The notes beneath the pieces were generated by a model. That model did not search any database, was not told the origin of the DNA, and saw only the letters and a program-made list of their open reading frames with translations. From positions 960,001 to 1,024,000 of the forward strand of contig CAVVJT010000010.1 of the NCBI GenBank assembly GCA_963748625.1: 64,000 nt of DNA, given 5' to 3'. Origin of the DNA: an uncultured Chloroflexia bacterium (GTDB lineage: Bacteria; Chloroflexota; Limnocylindria; Limnocylindrales; CSP1-4). A program made the translations under genes and the position numbers. Below are positions 10,330 to 20,647 of this stretch, in pieces (the first letter of the stretch is position 1; each line of letters begins with the position of its first letter).

Positions 10330-11390
10330 GGCCGGCGCTCCAGCAGCGCCTGGTCCAGGGTCACGGGCTCGAAGCGGCCACTGCGCATGGAACGGTAGGC
10401 GGCATCGAGGATCCCGTTGACGATGTAGCCGTCGCGGAAGGTCTCCTGGGGTTCACGCCCGTCGGTGTACGCCCCGATCACGTCGGCCATCATCAGGTCG
10501 TGGCCGTGGACACGGACCTCGTCCGGGACCGGGAAGAGCCAGCCGGTCTCGGCGTCCGCCTTCTCCACCACGTAGCCGGCCGGGCGCTCCACGAACGCCT
10601 TGAGCGAGCCGACGGAGATGTCGGTGATGAGGCGGCCGGCATCCCCGTAGGCCTCGAAGCGCCCCTCGAGGCCGCCCTTGGAGGTCCACGACACATCCAC
10701 GGTGGCCGCCCGCCCGTCGGCGAAGCGCATGACCATCACCGCGTTGTCCTCGCCGGTGGTCTTCGCGCCGTGGACCAGGGTGGCGCCCCAGGCGAAGACG
10801 TCGGTGACGACGGCATCCTTGCCGAACAGGAAGCGGACGTACTCCGCACCGTGGCTGGCCATGTCGAGCAGGGCGCCGCCGCCCGCCAGCTCGGCGTTCC
10901 AGAAGTGCGGCGCGTGCGGCCCGCTGTGGCCCTCGCGGGCGCGGGCCGTGGTCAGCGTGCCGATGGCGCCGGCCTGGACCATGTCCCGCATGCGGAGCAG
11001 GTCCGGGTTGAAGATCACGTTCTCGAGGTACGCGTTGAAGACGCCGGCCTCGTCGACCGCCCGGAGCATGTCCTCGGCCTCGGCGGCGTTGCGGCCCAGG
11101 GGCTTCGTGCAAGCCACGCCCTTGCCGGCCTTCGCCAGCGCGATCACCGCGTCGCGATGGAGGTGGTTGGGCACCGACACGATGACGAGATCCACGTCGT
11201 CGGCGGCGCACAGCTCCTCGAGCGACGCCACGGGCCGGCAGCCGAACCGCGCGGCGTAGGCGTTCCGGCGCTCCTCGCTCGCGTCGCAGCCGACGGTGAG
11301 AACGGCCTCGCGGACGTAGCGCAGGCCCAGGGCGTGGAACTCGCCGATGAACCCGCAGCCGAGCATGCCGATGCGCACAGGGTTGGCCAT
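10326..11390 (-). CDS. Gfo/Idh/MocA oxidoreductase
   Basis: GCGFIG, TKPLG, GGGALLDMASH. Confidence 0.9.
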   Translation of the reverse strand: MANPVRIGMLGCGFIGEFHALGLRYVREAVLTVGCDASEERRNAYAARFGCRPVASLEELCAADDVDLVIVSVPNHLHRDAVIALAKAGKGVACTKPLGRNAAEAEDMLRAVDEAGVFNAYLENVIFNPDLLRMRDMVQAGAIGTLTTARAREGHSGPHAPHFWNAELAGGGALLDMASHGAEYVRFLFGKDAVVTDVFAWGATLVHGAKTTGEDNAVMVMRFADGRAATVDVSWTSKGGLEGRFEAYGDAGRLITDISVGSLKAFVERPAGYVVEKADAETGWLFPVPDEVRVHGHDLMMADVIGAYTDGREPQETFRDGYIVNGILDAAYRSMRSGRFEPVTLDQALLERRP

Positions 11391-11391
11391 G

Positions 11392-12129
11392 TCAGTACCC
11401 CATCGCGTCTGCGGGGGCGTTGGCGGGCGCGTCGCCTGCCTTGCGGGCGCGGAAGTCCAGGATGATCGCCTCGGTCGCGGTCGCGCCGATGCGCGTCACC
11501 CCCAGGTTCATCACGTCGATCAGCGCGTCCAGCGTGCGCACGCCGCCCGCAGCCTTCACCTGGATGTGCGGGCTGGTGTTCGCCCGCATCAGGCGCAGGT
11601 CGTCGTGGGTGGCGCCGGACGGAGCGAAGCCGGTGCTCGTCTTGACGAAGTCGCCACCGGCGGCCTCGGTGAGCCGGCAGGCGCGGATCTTCTCGTCGTC
11701 AGTGAGGTACGCGTTCTCGAAGATCACCTTGACGATGGCTCCCCCCGCGTGCGCGATCTCGCAGATCGCCCGGATGTCGTCCTCGACATCCTGGTCACGG
11801 CCGCTCTTGAGCGCCGCGATCTGGATGACCATGTCCAGCTCGACCGCCCCGGCGCGCAGCGCGTGGACGGCCTCCATCATCTTGATCTCGGTCTCGTGGT
11901 TGCCGTGCGGGAAGCCGATGGTGGTGCCCACCTTGACGTCGGTCCCCTCGAGGATGCGGCGGGCCCGGATGACATCCACGGGCCGGACGCAGACCGACGC
12001 GACGTCGTACTTCGCGGCCAGCTCGCAGCCGGCCTCGACGAACGCGTCGTCCAGCTCGGGCCGGAGCAGGCTGTGGTCGATGGTCTTGGCGATGTCGCGT
12101 TCCGTCAGGTTGGCGATCGAGAGGGTCAC
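11392..12129 (-). CDS. deoC: Deoxyribose-phosphate aldolase
   Basis: IDHSLL, GFPHG, ELDMV, VKTSTGF, VKAAGGVR. Confidence 0.9.
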   Translation of the reverse strand: MTLSIANLTERDIAKTIDHSLLRPELDDAFVEAGCELAAKYDVASVCVRPVDVIRARRILEGTDVKVGTTIGFPHGNHETEIKMMEAVHALRAGAVELDMVIQIAALKSGRDQDVEDDIRAICEIAHAGGAIVKVIFENAYLTDDEKIRACRLTEAAGGDFVKTSTGFAPSGATHDDLRLMRANTSPHIQVKAAGGVRTLDALIDVMNLGVTRIGATATEAIILDFRARKAGDAPANAPADAMGY

Positions 12130-12190
12130 TGGGGTCCTCGATAATCGATTAGCGATGGTAGGGACCCCGGCTTCCCGGCGTCAACCCTGC

Positions 12191-13105
12191 TCAATGGCAG
12201 TACGGACGCAGGACGTCGCGCGCGATGAGGAAGCCCTGCTTGACCTTCTCGTCGGTGCCTTCGAAGCGACGGTCCTCGTGCTCGATGATGCAGTCGCCCT
12301 CGAAGCCCTGGCGGTACAGCTCGCCGTGGACGATCCCCCAGTCCACCTCGCCAAGGCCAGGGATGCGCGGGATCTGCCAGCCCATCCCCATGCTGAACAC
12401 GCCGCGCTCGTAGAGGCCGTCGCGGTCGATCATCAGGTCCTTGGCCTGGTAGTGGAGGACGTGCTTCCCGAACTCCTTGAGGAACCGCTGCATGTCGATC
12501 ATCTGCAGGATGAGGTGGCTCGGATCGAAGTTGAGCCCGATCGTGTCGCCCCACTGCTCGAGGATCCGGCGCCACATGCGCGGGGTGGTGGCGATGTTGT
12601 GCCCGCCCGGCCACTCGTCGTACGAGAACAGCATCGGGCAGTTCTCGAGCGTGATCTTGCGGCCGTGGTCCTGGGCGTACTTGACGATGTCGGGCCAGAC
12701 CCGCAGCGCCTCCTCCCAGTTCTGATCCTGGTTCTTCGACCCGTCGCCGCCCATGAACGTGTTCACGAGCTCGATGTCCATGAGCTCGGCCGCCTCGATC
12801 ACCCGCTTGAGGTGGCCGATGACGGACTCGCGGTGGGCGGGATCGGGGTGCAGCGGGTTCGGGTAGAAGCCCAGGCCGGAGATCGACAGGCCCTTCGCCT
12901 CGATCTCGGCACGGATGTCCCTGGCCTGGCCGGCGGACAGGTTGGCGACGTCGATGTGGCTGGTGCCCGCGTACCGGCGCGTCGGCCCGGTGGCCTTGGG
13001 CCAGCAGGCGATCTCGAGGACCTCGAAGCCGCTGCCGGCGGCCCAGTCGGCCACCTCCATCAGTGGGGTCTCCGGGAACGGGGCGGTGAGGAAGCCGAGC
13101 TTCAT
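12191..13105 (-). CDS. Sugar phosphate isomerase/epimerase (xylose-isomerase-like TIM barrel)
   Basis: ATG 13105; LENCP, NFDPSH, HYQAKD, IEHED metal motifs. Confidence 0.88.
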   Translation of the reverse strand: MKLGFLTAPFPETPLMEVADWAAGSGFEVLEIACWPKATGPTRRYAGTSHIDVANLSAGQARDIRAEIEAKGLSISGLGFYPNPLHPDPAHRESVIGHLKRVIEAAELMDIELVNTFMGGDGSKNQDQNWEEALRVWPDIVKYAQDHGRKITLENCPMLFSYDEWPGGHNIATTPRMWRRILEQWGDTIGLNFDPSHLILQMIDMQRFLKEFGKHVLHYQAKDLMIDRDGLYERGVFSMGMGWQIPRIPGLGEVDWGIVHGELYRQGFEGDCIIEHEDRRFEGTDEKVKQGFLIARDVLRPYCH

Positions 13106-13164
13106 CGCGTCTGCTCCTTGGGGGCGCATGCGGTGGGGTTCACGGGGCTGTGGCGGGTCATCGG

Positions 13165-14319
13165 TCAGTGGGCGACGGTCACCCACGCGCCCGAGCGGGA
13201 GCTCTCGAGGACGGCGTCCCCGATGCGCATCTCCTCGTGGCCCGCGGCGAAGGTCGCGTAGCGGGGGTGCTCCGAGGGCCCGCCCGCGACCACGTCGGCA
13301 TAGACCGCGGTGAACACCGCGGCGAACGTGTCCGCGAAGCCCTCGACGTGGCCGCCAGGAAGGCGGGCAGCCGCGCCACCCTCCGCGTTCATGAGCGCCG
13401 GGTTCCGGAGCAGCAGCTCGTTGGGCCGGTCGCGATGACCGATCCACAGCGAGTCTGGCTGCTCCGAATCCCAGGCGACGGCGGAGGAGGAGCCGTCGAT
13501 CTGGTACTGGAGCGAGTTCTTGCGCCCGGGGCTGAGCTGGCTGATGTTCACGGAGCCGCGGGCGCCGCCCTTGTAGCGGATGAGGACCGAAGCGGTGTCC
13601 TCGGTGCGGATCTCGACCGGGATCGTGTCCTTGGCACGCTCCGTGGAGAACGTCAGGACCTCGCCCGCCGGCTTGCGGCGGATCGGGATGAAGGTGGTCA
13701 GGTCGGCCATGACAGCCTCCACCTCCAGCCCTGTCACGAAGCTGGTGAGGTCCAGCCAGTGGCTGCCGATGTCGCCCACGGCACGGAGCGTGCCGCCCTG
13801 GTCCGCCTCCAGGCGCCAGTTCCAGTCCGTGTCGAACAGGAGCCAGTCCTGGAAGTAGTGGCCGGTGACCAGGCGGACATCGCCGAGATCGCCGGTCCTG
13901 ACCATGGAGGCGACGTGCTGGTTGAGCGGGTACCAGCGGATGTTGAAGTTGACGGCGTTGACGAGGCCACGGCGCTTCGCGAGCGCGACCAGCTCCGCCG
14001 ACTCCGCGCTGGTCATCGCCAGGGGCTTCTCGCACACCACGTGGCGACCGGCGGCGAGGATCGCCTTGACCTGGGGGTGGTGGAGCTCGTTGGGGCTGGT
14101 GACGTGCACCACCTGGACATCGGGGTCCGCCAGGAGGTCCTGGAGGCTCGCATAGGCCTTGGGCAGGCCCAGTTCCTGCGCGCGCCGCGTGCCGAGCTCC
14201 AGGCTCGCGTCCAGCAGGCCCACGACGCGCACGCCGATCCGGCGCAGCGCCTCGATATGGACCGTGCCGATGAACCCGCTGCCGATCACGGCGGTGCCGA
14301 TGTCGCTGCGGCGCGTCAT
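13165..14319 (-). CDS. Gfo/Idh/MocA oxidoreductase
   Basis: GSGFIG, CEKPLA, DIGSHWLD. Confidence 0.9.
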   Translation of the reverse strand: MTRRSDIGTAVIGSGFIGTVHIEALRRIGVRVVGLLDASLELGTRRAQELGLPKAYASLQDLLADPDVQVVHVTSPNELHHPQVKAILAAGRHVVCEKPLAMTSAESAELVALAKRRGLVNAVNFNIRWYPLNQHVASMVRTGDLGDVRLVTGHYFQDWLLFDTDWNWRLEADQGGTLRAVGDIGSHWLDLTSFVTGLEVEAVMADLTTFIPIRRKPAGEVLTFSTERAKDTIPVEIRTEDTASVLIRYKGGARGSVNISQLSPGRKNSLQYQIDGSSSAVAWDSEQPDSLWIGHRDRPNELLLRNPALMNAEGGAAARLPGGHVEGFADTFAAVFTAVYADVVAGGPSEHPRYATFAAGHEEMRIGDAVLESSRSGAWVTVAH

Positions 14320-14475
14320 GACCTGGCTCCTCCTGCTGGCCTGGCGGTCTGTCCCCGACCGGCAACCAGTCTATACAGCTAGACGGATCGATGATCCGCA
14401 TCGTTGGCCACGGCAGGCCCGGCGCTGGCCGTTGTGCGGGCAGCGGGCCGCAGAGTTCGTGCTGTCATCATGCTA

Positions 14476-14498
14476 CTTCTGCCTGTCAACTGCAAAAG
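14476..14498. promoter_or_regulatory. Candidate ROK-repressor operator in a divergent promoter
   Basis: Imperfect palindrome CTTCTGC-N9-GCAAAAG in an AT-richer patch. Confidence 0.45.
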
Positions 14499-14537
14499 CG
14501 CGTGCGGAACGCCTTCCGGACGTGTAGCATCCGCGCC

Positions 14538-15845
14538 GTGGACGACCGATCCGCAACCATCCACGCACCGGAGCCGGCACCGCTCCCCGACGAGGCGCTC
14601 GACGCGCTGGTCGCGGTGCTGGACGGCATCCGCCTGGGGCATGCCCGCTCGCGAGCCGATCTTGTGGCGGCGACCGGCCTGTCACGGGGTATCGTCGCCC
14701 AGCGCGTCGGCGAGCTGCTGGACCGGGGCCTGATCACCGAGGGGGACGTCGGGCCGTCCACCGGCGGACGACCACCCCGCCAGCTCGCGTTCCGAGGCGA
14801 CGCCGGCCACGTGCTGGTCGCGGACCTGGGGGCCACGTCCATCGACGTGGCCGTCACCACGCTCGATGGCCGGATTCTCGCCCACATCGACGAGCCCGCC
14901 GACATCGCCTCCGGGCCGGGTCCCGTCCTCGACCGGGTGGACGAGCTGTTCGCGGAGCTGCAGGCGCCGCGGCGGCGGCTGCCGGGACGCCTCTGGGGCG
15001 TGGGCATCGGGGTGCCGGGGCCGGTGGAGTTCCAGACCGGCCGGCCGATCTTCCCCTCGATCATGCCCGGCTGGGACGGCTACCCGGTGCGCGAGCGGTT
15101 CGCCGCCCGGAACGCGGCGCCGGTCTGGGTGGACAACGACGTCAACGTGCTCGCCCTGGGTGAGTGGCGGTCGGGGGTGGCGGCGGGCCACGACAACGTG
15201 ATCGTGGTCAAGATCGGGACCGGCATCGGCGCCGGGATCATCTCCGACGGCCGCCTCCATCGCGGCGCGCAGGGGTCCGCCGGGGACGTGGGCCACATCC
15301 ACGTGACGGATGACCGGTCGGTGGTCTGCCGCTGCGGCAATACCGGCTGCCTCGAGGCCCTGGCCGGGGGTGAGGCGATCGGGCGGAACGGGGAGGCGGC
15401 CGCACGGGCCGGCCGGTCGGCGCGCCTGGCCGCCGTGCTTGATGCCCGGAGTGTCATCACGGCCGAGGACGTCGCCCGGGCGGCCTCCTTCGGCGATCCG
15501 GTCGCGGTGGAGCTGCTCCAGGGGGCCGGGCGGCGCATCGGGCTGATGCTGGCGAGCGTGGTGAACTTCTTCAATCCGTCGCTGGTGGTGATCGGCGGCG
15601 GCGTGGCCCAGTCCGGCGACCTGCTGCTGGCGGCGGTCCGCGAGGTGGTCTACGGGCGCGGCCTGCCACTCGCGACGCGGGACCTGCTGATCCAGCGCTC
15701 GTCGCTGGGGTCGCTGGCGGGGGTGATCGGCGCATCGGCGATGGTGGTGGACCAGCTCTTCAGCCGCGAATCGCTGGCGCGCTGGGTCGAGGCCGGGGCT
15801 CCGGCAGGCATGGCCGAGGTGGCGGGCGCCGGTCGGGGAAGTTGA
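14538..15845 (+). CDS. ROK-family transcriptional repressor (XylR/NagC-like)
   Basis: HTH SRADLVAATGLS, STGGRPP, ROK motifs; GTG 7 nt after TAGCAT. Confidence 0.9.
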   Translation: MDDRSATIHAPEPAPLPDEALDALVAVLDGIRLGHARSRADLVAATGLSRGIVAQRVGELLDRGLITEGDVGPSTGGRPPRQLAFRGDAGHVLVADLGATSIDVAVTTLDGRILAHIDEPADIASGPGPVLDRVDELFAELQAPRRRLPGRLWGVGIGVPGPVEFQTGRPIFPSIMPGWDGYPVRERFAARNAAPVWVDNDVNVLALGEWRSGVAAGHDNVIVVKIGTGIGAGIISDGRLHRGAQGSAGDVGHIHVTDDRSVVCRCGNTGCLEALAGGEAIGRNGEAAARAGRSARLAAVLDARSVITAEDVARAASFGDPVAVELLQGAGRRIGLMLASVVNFFNPSLVVIGGGVAQSGDLLLAAVREVVYGRGLPLATRDLLIQRSSLGSLAGVIGASAMVVDQLFSRESLARWVEAGAPAGMAEVAGAGRGS

Positions 15846-15867
15846 GCGACCCCTCCCGTCGGAGCGG

Positions 15868-16101
15868 CTAGCCCTCGCCCATCACGCGCCGGTAGGCGGT
15901 GCCCACGGCGACCAGCGCCGCCGATGTCAGGAGACCGAAGGCCACCGCCACGAGGCCGACCCACGTCATCGTCCCGTGGACCAGCGACATGACGAGCCAC
16001 AGGGTCCAGAGCGAGAACATCATGAACCCGGCGGGCATCACCGCCCGCAGGGCGAGGCGCTGCCACCGGCCAGGCGTTGGGCGCGGTTCTTGCGTGTTCA
16101 T
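15868..16101 (-). CDS. Small two-TM membrane protein
   Basis: AGGAG RBS; two hydrophobic segments. Confidence 0.6.
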   Translation of the reverse strand: MNTQEPRPTPGRWQRLALRAVMPAGFMMFSLWTLWLVMSLVHGTMTWVGLVAVAFGLLTSAALVAVGTAYRRVMGEG

Positions 16102-16114
16102 GTGCGCTGGACTC

Positions 16115-16348
16115 CTAGGCGTCGTTGAGCCGGCCCCGATCGACGCCCTCGTAGCTGGTCATTGAGGAGCCGTTCGGCGGCTGCTGGGTCTTCGTCGTCA
16201 GTACGGCGCGCTTATGGGCCTGGTCGCCGTCCCGATGCCCGTCGACGTCGGGCGCAGGTCCCTCGTTGCCGACGCCACCATCGGGCAGCAGATCGACCAG
16301 GGCATCGAGCGCTTTGCGGATCGGGCCCGGCTCGTCGTCCGTCGTCAC
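16115..16348 (-). CDS. Small hypothetical protein (77 aa)
   Basis: GTG after GGGGGA; coding-like composition; stop abuts next RBS. Confidence 0.5.
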   Translation of the reverse strand: MTTDDEPGPIRKALDALVDLLPDGGVGNEGPAPDVDGHRDGDQAHKRAVLTTKTQQPPNGSSMTSYEGVDRGRLNDA

Positions 16349-16449
16349 GTGGATCCCCCGTTGGCATGCGGAATTGGGACGCCCGACCAGTATCGCCCCT
16401 GCCGCAAAGCTGATCGTTCCATGCCGCCCGCCCGGGTTCGGCACGCGTC

Positions 16450-16563
16450 CGCCCCACGTGTGGGGCGTTTCGGCGCCCGCCGAGCACGCGCCGGGTGCGA
16501 AACGTCGACTTTCGCGCGCACACGCCGCACGGGGTGGCCGGATTCGCCCCCCACGTGGGGCGA
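16450..16563. repeat. REP-like palindrome doublet (family D)
   Basis: CGCCCCACGTGTGGGGCG and CGCCCCCCACGTGGGGCG about 95 bp apart. Confidence 0.6.
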
Positions 16564-16602
16564 GGGGCGGGGTTCCGGGCAACGGGGCGGCACCGCCAGA
16601 CC

Positions 16603-17341
16603 CTATCCCCGCCGCAGGAGCGCCGCCGCCGCCTCGTCCGCGAACACGACCAGGCGCGGGTGCCGCCGCAGGTACGACGCGGGACAGTCCGGCCCTTCGG
16701 GCTCCTCGAGCGCGCGCCGCAGGATGGACGCCTTCCGCTCGCCGGTGGCCAGCAGCCAGACCTCTCGCGCCTCCAGGAGCCGCGAGAGCCCCACCGTGAT
16801 CCCAGCCGTCGGGGTACGCGCAGCGCCATACCGGGACGTCGCCGCCTCCCGCGAGGACGACCGCGAGCCGGACCAGGCGCGTCCCGTCGTCCGGCCGCGA
16901 ACCCGGCTCGTTGAAGCCCACGTGCCCGTTCATCCCGATCCCGAGCACGGCCAGGTCCAGCCCTTCGGCCACCACCGCGTCGTGGGCCGCAGCCGCTGCC
17001 TCGGGGTCGGGCCCGTCCACGTCGATCGGCACGAACCGCCCGAGGCGACCCGAGAGCTGGCCCAGGAGCTCGTCGCGCAGACGGGCGTCGCACCGCGCGG
17101 GGTCGCCCGGGGGCAGCCCCACCCACTCGTCGAGCAGCACGATCGTGGCGCCAGCCAGCTTCACCTCGCCGCGCCACTCGGCAGCGACGAGCTCCGCGTA
17201 CAGCGGCGTCGGCGTGTCGCCCGTGGGCAGGCAGACCCGGAGGTCGGGGCGTGCCTCGACACGAGCGGTGAACCATTCGGCCACGACGCGCGCCCAGTCA
17301 TCGGCCGGCAGGACCTCCAGCCGGTACGCGGGACCCGTCAC
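16603..17341 (-). CDS. nagB: Glucosamine-6-phosphate deaminase-like; +1 frameshift near 16861
   Basis: LPTGDTP, LDEWVGL, LGIGMNGHVGFNEPG, then LLATGERK..PASYLRRHP in the adjacent frame. Confidence 0.8.
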
Positions 17342-17354
17342 GGGCGTCGCGCTC

Positions 17355-18545
17355 CTATCCGACGATCCGGTCGACGTAGTCGCCGTCCCTGGTCTTGAGG
17401 ATGAGCTTGAAGCGCCCGTCGGGCAGCAGCTCGCGCTTGATCACGGTGTCGCCCTCGAACAACTCAGGCTTCACCTCGATCCGCGGGGTCGTGCCGCCGC
17501 GCCAGTCGAGGTCCACCGGCTCCCACTGGCGGCTCTTCGCCGAGCGGTAGGCGGCGTCCATGACGGCATTCACAACGTACCCGTCGTACAGCGTCTCCTG
17601 GGGCGTGCCGCCGTTGTCGATGGCGTTGAACATGTCGGTGAACATGTCGACGTAGCCCAACTCGGACACCTCGTCGCCCACGGGGAACAGCCAGCCGGCC
17701 GCGGTCTCGGCCTTCTCGGCCACGTAGCCCGCGGACCCGCCCGCCGTGAACATCTCCATGCCCGTGCGCAGGAAGTGGTTCAGCCAGATCGTGCCGTGGG
17801 TGCCGGCGACCTCGTCGCGCAGGTCCATCCCGCCGCGGAACGTCCAGCTCACCTCGAACTGGCCGATGGCACCCGACTCGAACCGGATCAGCGCAATCGC
17901 GTTGTCCTCGTCGTCGATCGGGTGGACGAAGGTGTCCGTGGTGCACATGACCTCGACCGGCCGGTTCCCTTTGCCGACGAAGTTGCGGATGATCTCGATG
18001 CAGTGGCAGCCGAGGTCGATGATCGGGCCGCCGCCGGTGAGCCGGCCGTCCCAGAACCACGCGCTGTGCGGACCCGGATGGGTCTCGCGGGAGCGGACCC
18101 AGGTGACCTCACCCAGGGCGCCGTCCTTCACTGACTGGATCGCCTTGAGGGTCTTGGGCGTGTAGCAGAGGTCCTCGAGGTAGCCGCCGAAGACGCCCGC
18201 GGCTTCGACCGCTTCGAGCATCCGCTTCGCCTCGGCCGCCGTCCGGCCCAGCGGCTTCGTCACGAGCACGGCCTTGCCGGCTGCCGCGACGGCCTTGACC
18301 GCCTCCTCGTGGAGGTGGTTCGGGAGCGCGACCACCACGACGTCCGTCTCAGGGTGGCGGATCGCCGCCTCCATGTCCGTCGTGAACTCCGGGATCCCCC
18401 ACCGCTCGCTGAACGCCCTGCCGCGACCCTCCGAGCGCGAGTACACCACCCGCACCCGGTCCCGGCCTCGCTGGCCGTGGAGGGTCATCGTGTAGAAGTC
18501 GCCGATGAGGCCGGTGCCCAGCAAGGTGATCGCGTGGTTCTGCAT
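17355..18545 (-). CDS. Gfo/Idh/MocA oxidoreductase, paralogue of 10326..11390
   Basis: GTGLIG, TKPLG, shared YV.EKA....GWLFPV motif. Confidence 0.9.
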   Translation of the reverse strand: MQNHAITLLGTGLIGDFYTMTLHGQRGRDRVRVVYSRSEGRGRAFSERWGIPEFTTDMEAAIRHPETDVVVVALPNHLHEEAVKAVAAAGKAVLVTKPLGRTAAEAKRMLEAVEAAGVFGGYLEDLCYTPKTLKAIQSVKDGALGEVTWVRSRETHPGPHSAWFWDGRLTGGGPIIDLGCHCIEIIRNFVGKGNRPVEVMCTTDTFVHPIDDEDNAIALIRFESGAIGQFEVSWTFRGGMDLRDEVAGTHGTIWLNHFLRTGMEMFTAGGSAGYVAEKAETAAGWLFPVGDEVSELGYVDMFTDMFNAIDNGGTPQETLYDGYVVNAVMDAAYRSAKSRQWEPVDLDWRGGTTPRIEVKPELFEGDTVIKRELLPDGRFKLILKTRDGDYVDRIVG

Positions 18546-18671
18546 GTCCGCTCGCTCCAGGTTGGTGGGATGCCCGGATTCTAGGGTCCCCGGGCGGTCG
18601 CCGGGAGCGCCGGATGAATCAGCCTGTGGTCGATCAAACGGGCGCCGGATGGATCAGGCAGCGCCGGATGA

Positions 18672-19199
18672 TCAGCCCGCGCCCGGCTCCATCGCGGGCA
18701 GCGGCGGCCACTCCGTCGTCGTCATCACCTCCACGCCATCGAGGCGTTCGGTCCGACTCACGAGGTCCCGGTTCACGAGAACCACGTCTCGCGCGATCGG
18801 ACTCTGATCGCCGCCATGGACGTCGACGGTGGCATCGGTGACAGGCACGAACCGCGTCCAGCCCGCCAGCGCGGCGAGCGGCTGCGCCACCGGCGACCGG
18901 TGCAGGCTGCCGCGGACCGTGTACGGGCCGACCTGCAGCACCACAGGTTCCTTGAGGGTCCGCAGCCGACGGCCGGGATCACCACGCCGGCCCGTGACCT
19001 CGATGACGTGCAGCTCGCGCCGCTCGACCTCGACCTCGTCGAGGCGCATCTCGCGACCATCCTCCAGGGCGGCGAGCGTCGCGTCGAAGAAGGTCAGGAG
19101 CTCGAGATCGTTGACCCGGTCGCTCAGCCGGCCTTCACCGAGCTCGACCTCACCGCGGACCTGGCAGTCCCCCGCCCATGCGACAAGCTGCTCACGCAT
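18672..19199 (-). CDS. Hypothetical protein with duplicated beta domain (DUF6812-like)
   Basis: VRGE..RLSDRVN..FFDAT and VRGSLH..FVPVTDAT..VLVNRD halves. Confidence 0.6.
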   Translation of the reverse strand: MREQLVAWAGDCQVRGEVELGEGRLSDRVNDLELLTFFDATLAALEDGREMRLDEVEVERRELHVIEVTGRRGDPGRRLRTLKEPVVLQVGPYTVRGSLHRSPVAQPLAALAGWTRFVPVTDATVDVHGGDQSPIARDVVLVNRDLVSRTERLDGVEVMTTTEWPPLPAMEPGAG

Positions 19200-19421
19200 C
19201 GGTGCCTCGTTTCCCACCCGTCGGCGCCGGGCACTCCCGACCCCATTCCCACTACGCGGAGCATAGACGTGTCACGCGCATGGCGCAGCGCGCGCTGCGC
19301 CAGCCCGCGACCCGGCGGGTGGCCGTGGGGCCCGGCGGGTAGCCGTGGCATCCGGCGGGTAGCCGTGGCATCCGGCGCCAGCCGTGGGACGCTGCACCAG
19401 ACACCGGAACGGAGGCACCGT

Positions 19422-20561
19422 TCAGGGGATCGCGGCCGCGGCCTGTTCGGCGAGCGCATCGCTGGCGGTGGTGATGACGTAGACCACGTCACCCTTGGCG
19501 CGGACCCAGTCCTTCGTCCCGTCGTCGCCGTAGTCGAGCAGGACCCACTCGTCCCCGGCGAGCGTGACCGTGGTGCGGTTCACGCCCGCACCCGACGCCG
19601 CCAGCCACGAGTCGAGCACCAGGTCCTGGACCTTGGCGAGATCCATCCCGTCGACGGCCATGGCCAGGATCGACAGGTCGGACTCGCCGGTCTCGTCATA
19701 CGCCTGGGCGACCTGGAGGGCGTCCGCATCCAAGCCCTCTGTACGCAGGGCGGCCAGGATCGCGCGGCTGCCCTGGTCCTCACCCAGGATCGTGGAGCCG
19801 GTGGCGCTGTCGGCAACAAGCACGACGTCCCCTACGGCGGCCGGCAGCGCAGCCTCGAGCCCCGGGACGACCGGACTCTCGACGGCCGCCTCCTCGGAGG
19901 GATCGGGCTCGAGCGAGTCGAGCGGAACCTCGGTGGCATCCGGGACGGGCGTGGCAGCCGCGATCGTCCCGCCGTCCCCGCCGAGGGCCTTGTCGAAGGC
20001 CGAGGCCAGCTGGTCCACCTCCCGCGCGGTGGCATCCGCGGAGGCCGCGAGGTAGACGACGATCGGGCCGTGGCGCAGTTGGAGGAACACCGATCCGGTG
20101 TCGTCGGTGCTGCTGTAGGCCTGCTCGCCGAGGTCGGGGCGCTCCACCACGGTCTGGCCGGCGGCCACAGCCGCCTGCTGCGAGAGCGTGACGGACTCGG
20201 CTGCATCCGCGCCGAAGCAGGTGATCGTCGCGTAGGTGACACCCTGTGCGCCGGTCTCGTCGTCCACGATCGGGCCGAGGAGCGACATCGTCTTGCGCTC
20301 CAGGTCGTACTGCTGGGCCGTGATCGCCCAGTCGGCCGGGAGGTCGGCGTCGGCGGGCGTCGTGGCCCACGCCTGCTGCTGGCACTCCGGTGCGCCCTGG
20401 GCGAAGAAGCCCCAAGCGGCCAGGCCGAGCGCGACGGCGGCGATCAGCATCGCGACGAGCGCGATGACACGGGAAGTCCCGACGCTGTCGGCGAGGGCCC
20501 GCTCCTCGCTGCGCTGGGTTGCCGGGGCGGGCGCCGGTCTCGGAGTCTGAGGCGTGGTCAT
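19422..20561 (-). CDS. Membrane-anchored extracellular hypothetical protein
   Basis: One N-terminal TM helix, acidic extracellular region; CATGCT 7 nt before ATG. Confidence 0.7.
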   Translation of the reverse strand: MTTPQTPRPAPAPATQRSEERALADSVGTSRVIALVAMLIAAVALGLAAWGFFAQGAPECQQQAWATTPADADLPADWAITAQQYDLERKTMSLLGPIVDDETGAQGVTYATITCFGADAAESVTLSQQAAVAAGQTVVERPDLGEQAYSSTDDTGSVFLQLRHGPIVVYLAASADATAREVDQLASAFDKALGGDGGTIAAATPVPDATEVPLDSLEPDPSEEAAVESPVVPGLEAALPAAVGDVVLVADSATGSTILGEDQGSRAILAALRTEGLDADALQVAQAYDETGESDLSILAMAVDGMDLAKVQDLVLDSWLAASGAGVNRTTVTLAGDEWVLLDYGDDGTKDWVRAKGDVVYVITTASDALAEQAAAAIP

Positions 20562-20647
20562 GCGTGCAAGCATGCCCTGCCTGCGCCGGACGTGCCCCGG
20601 GAGCGTCGGGCGTGAGGTCCGCCGCCCGGCGCACCTGATTCCGGATC

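Noticed and set aside
16364-16375. 12-nt match GCATGCGGAATT to family B copy 2
   Set aside because: Too short, with no convincing extension.
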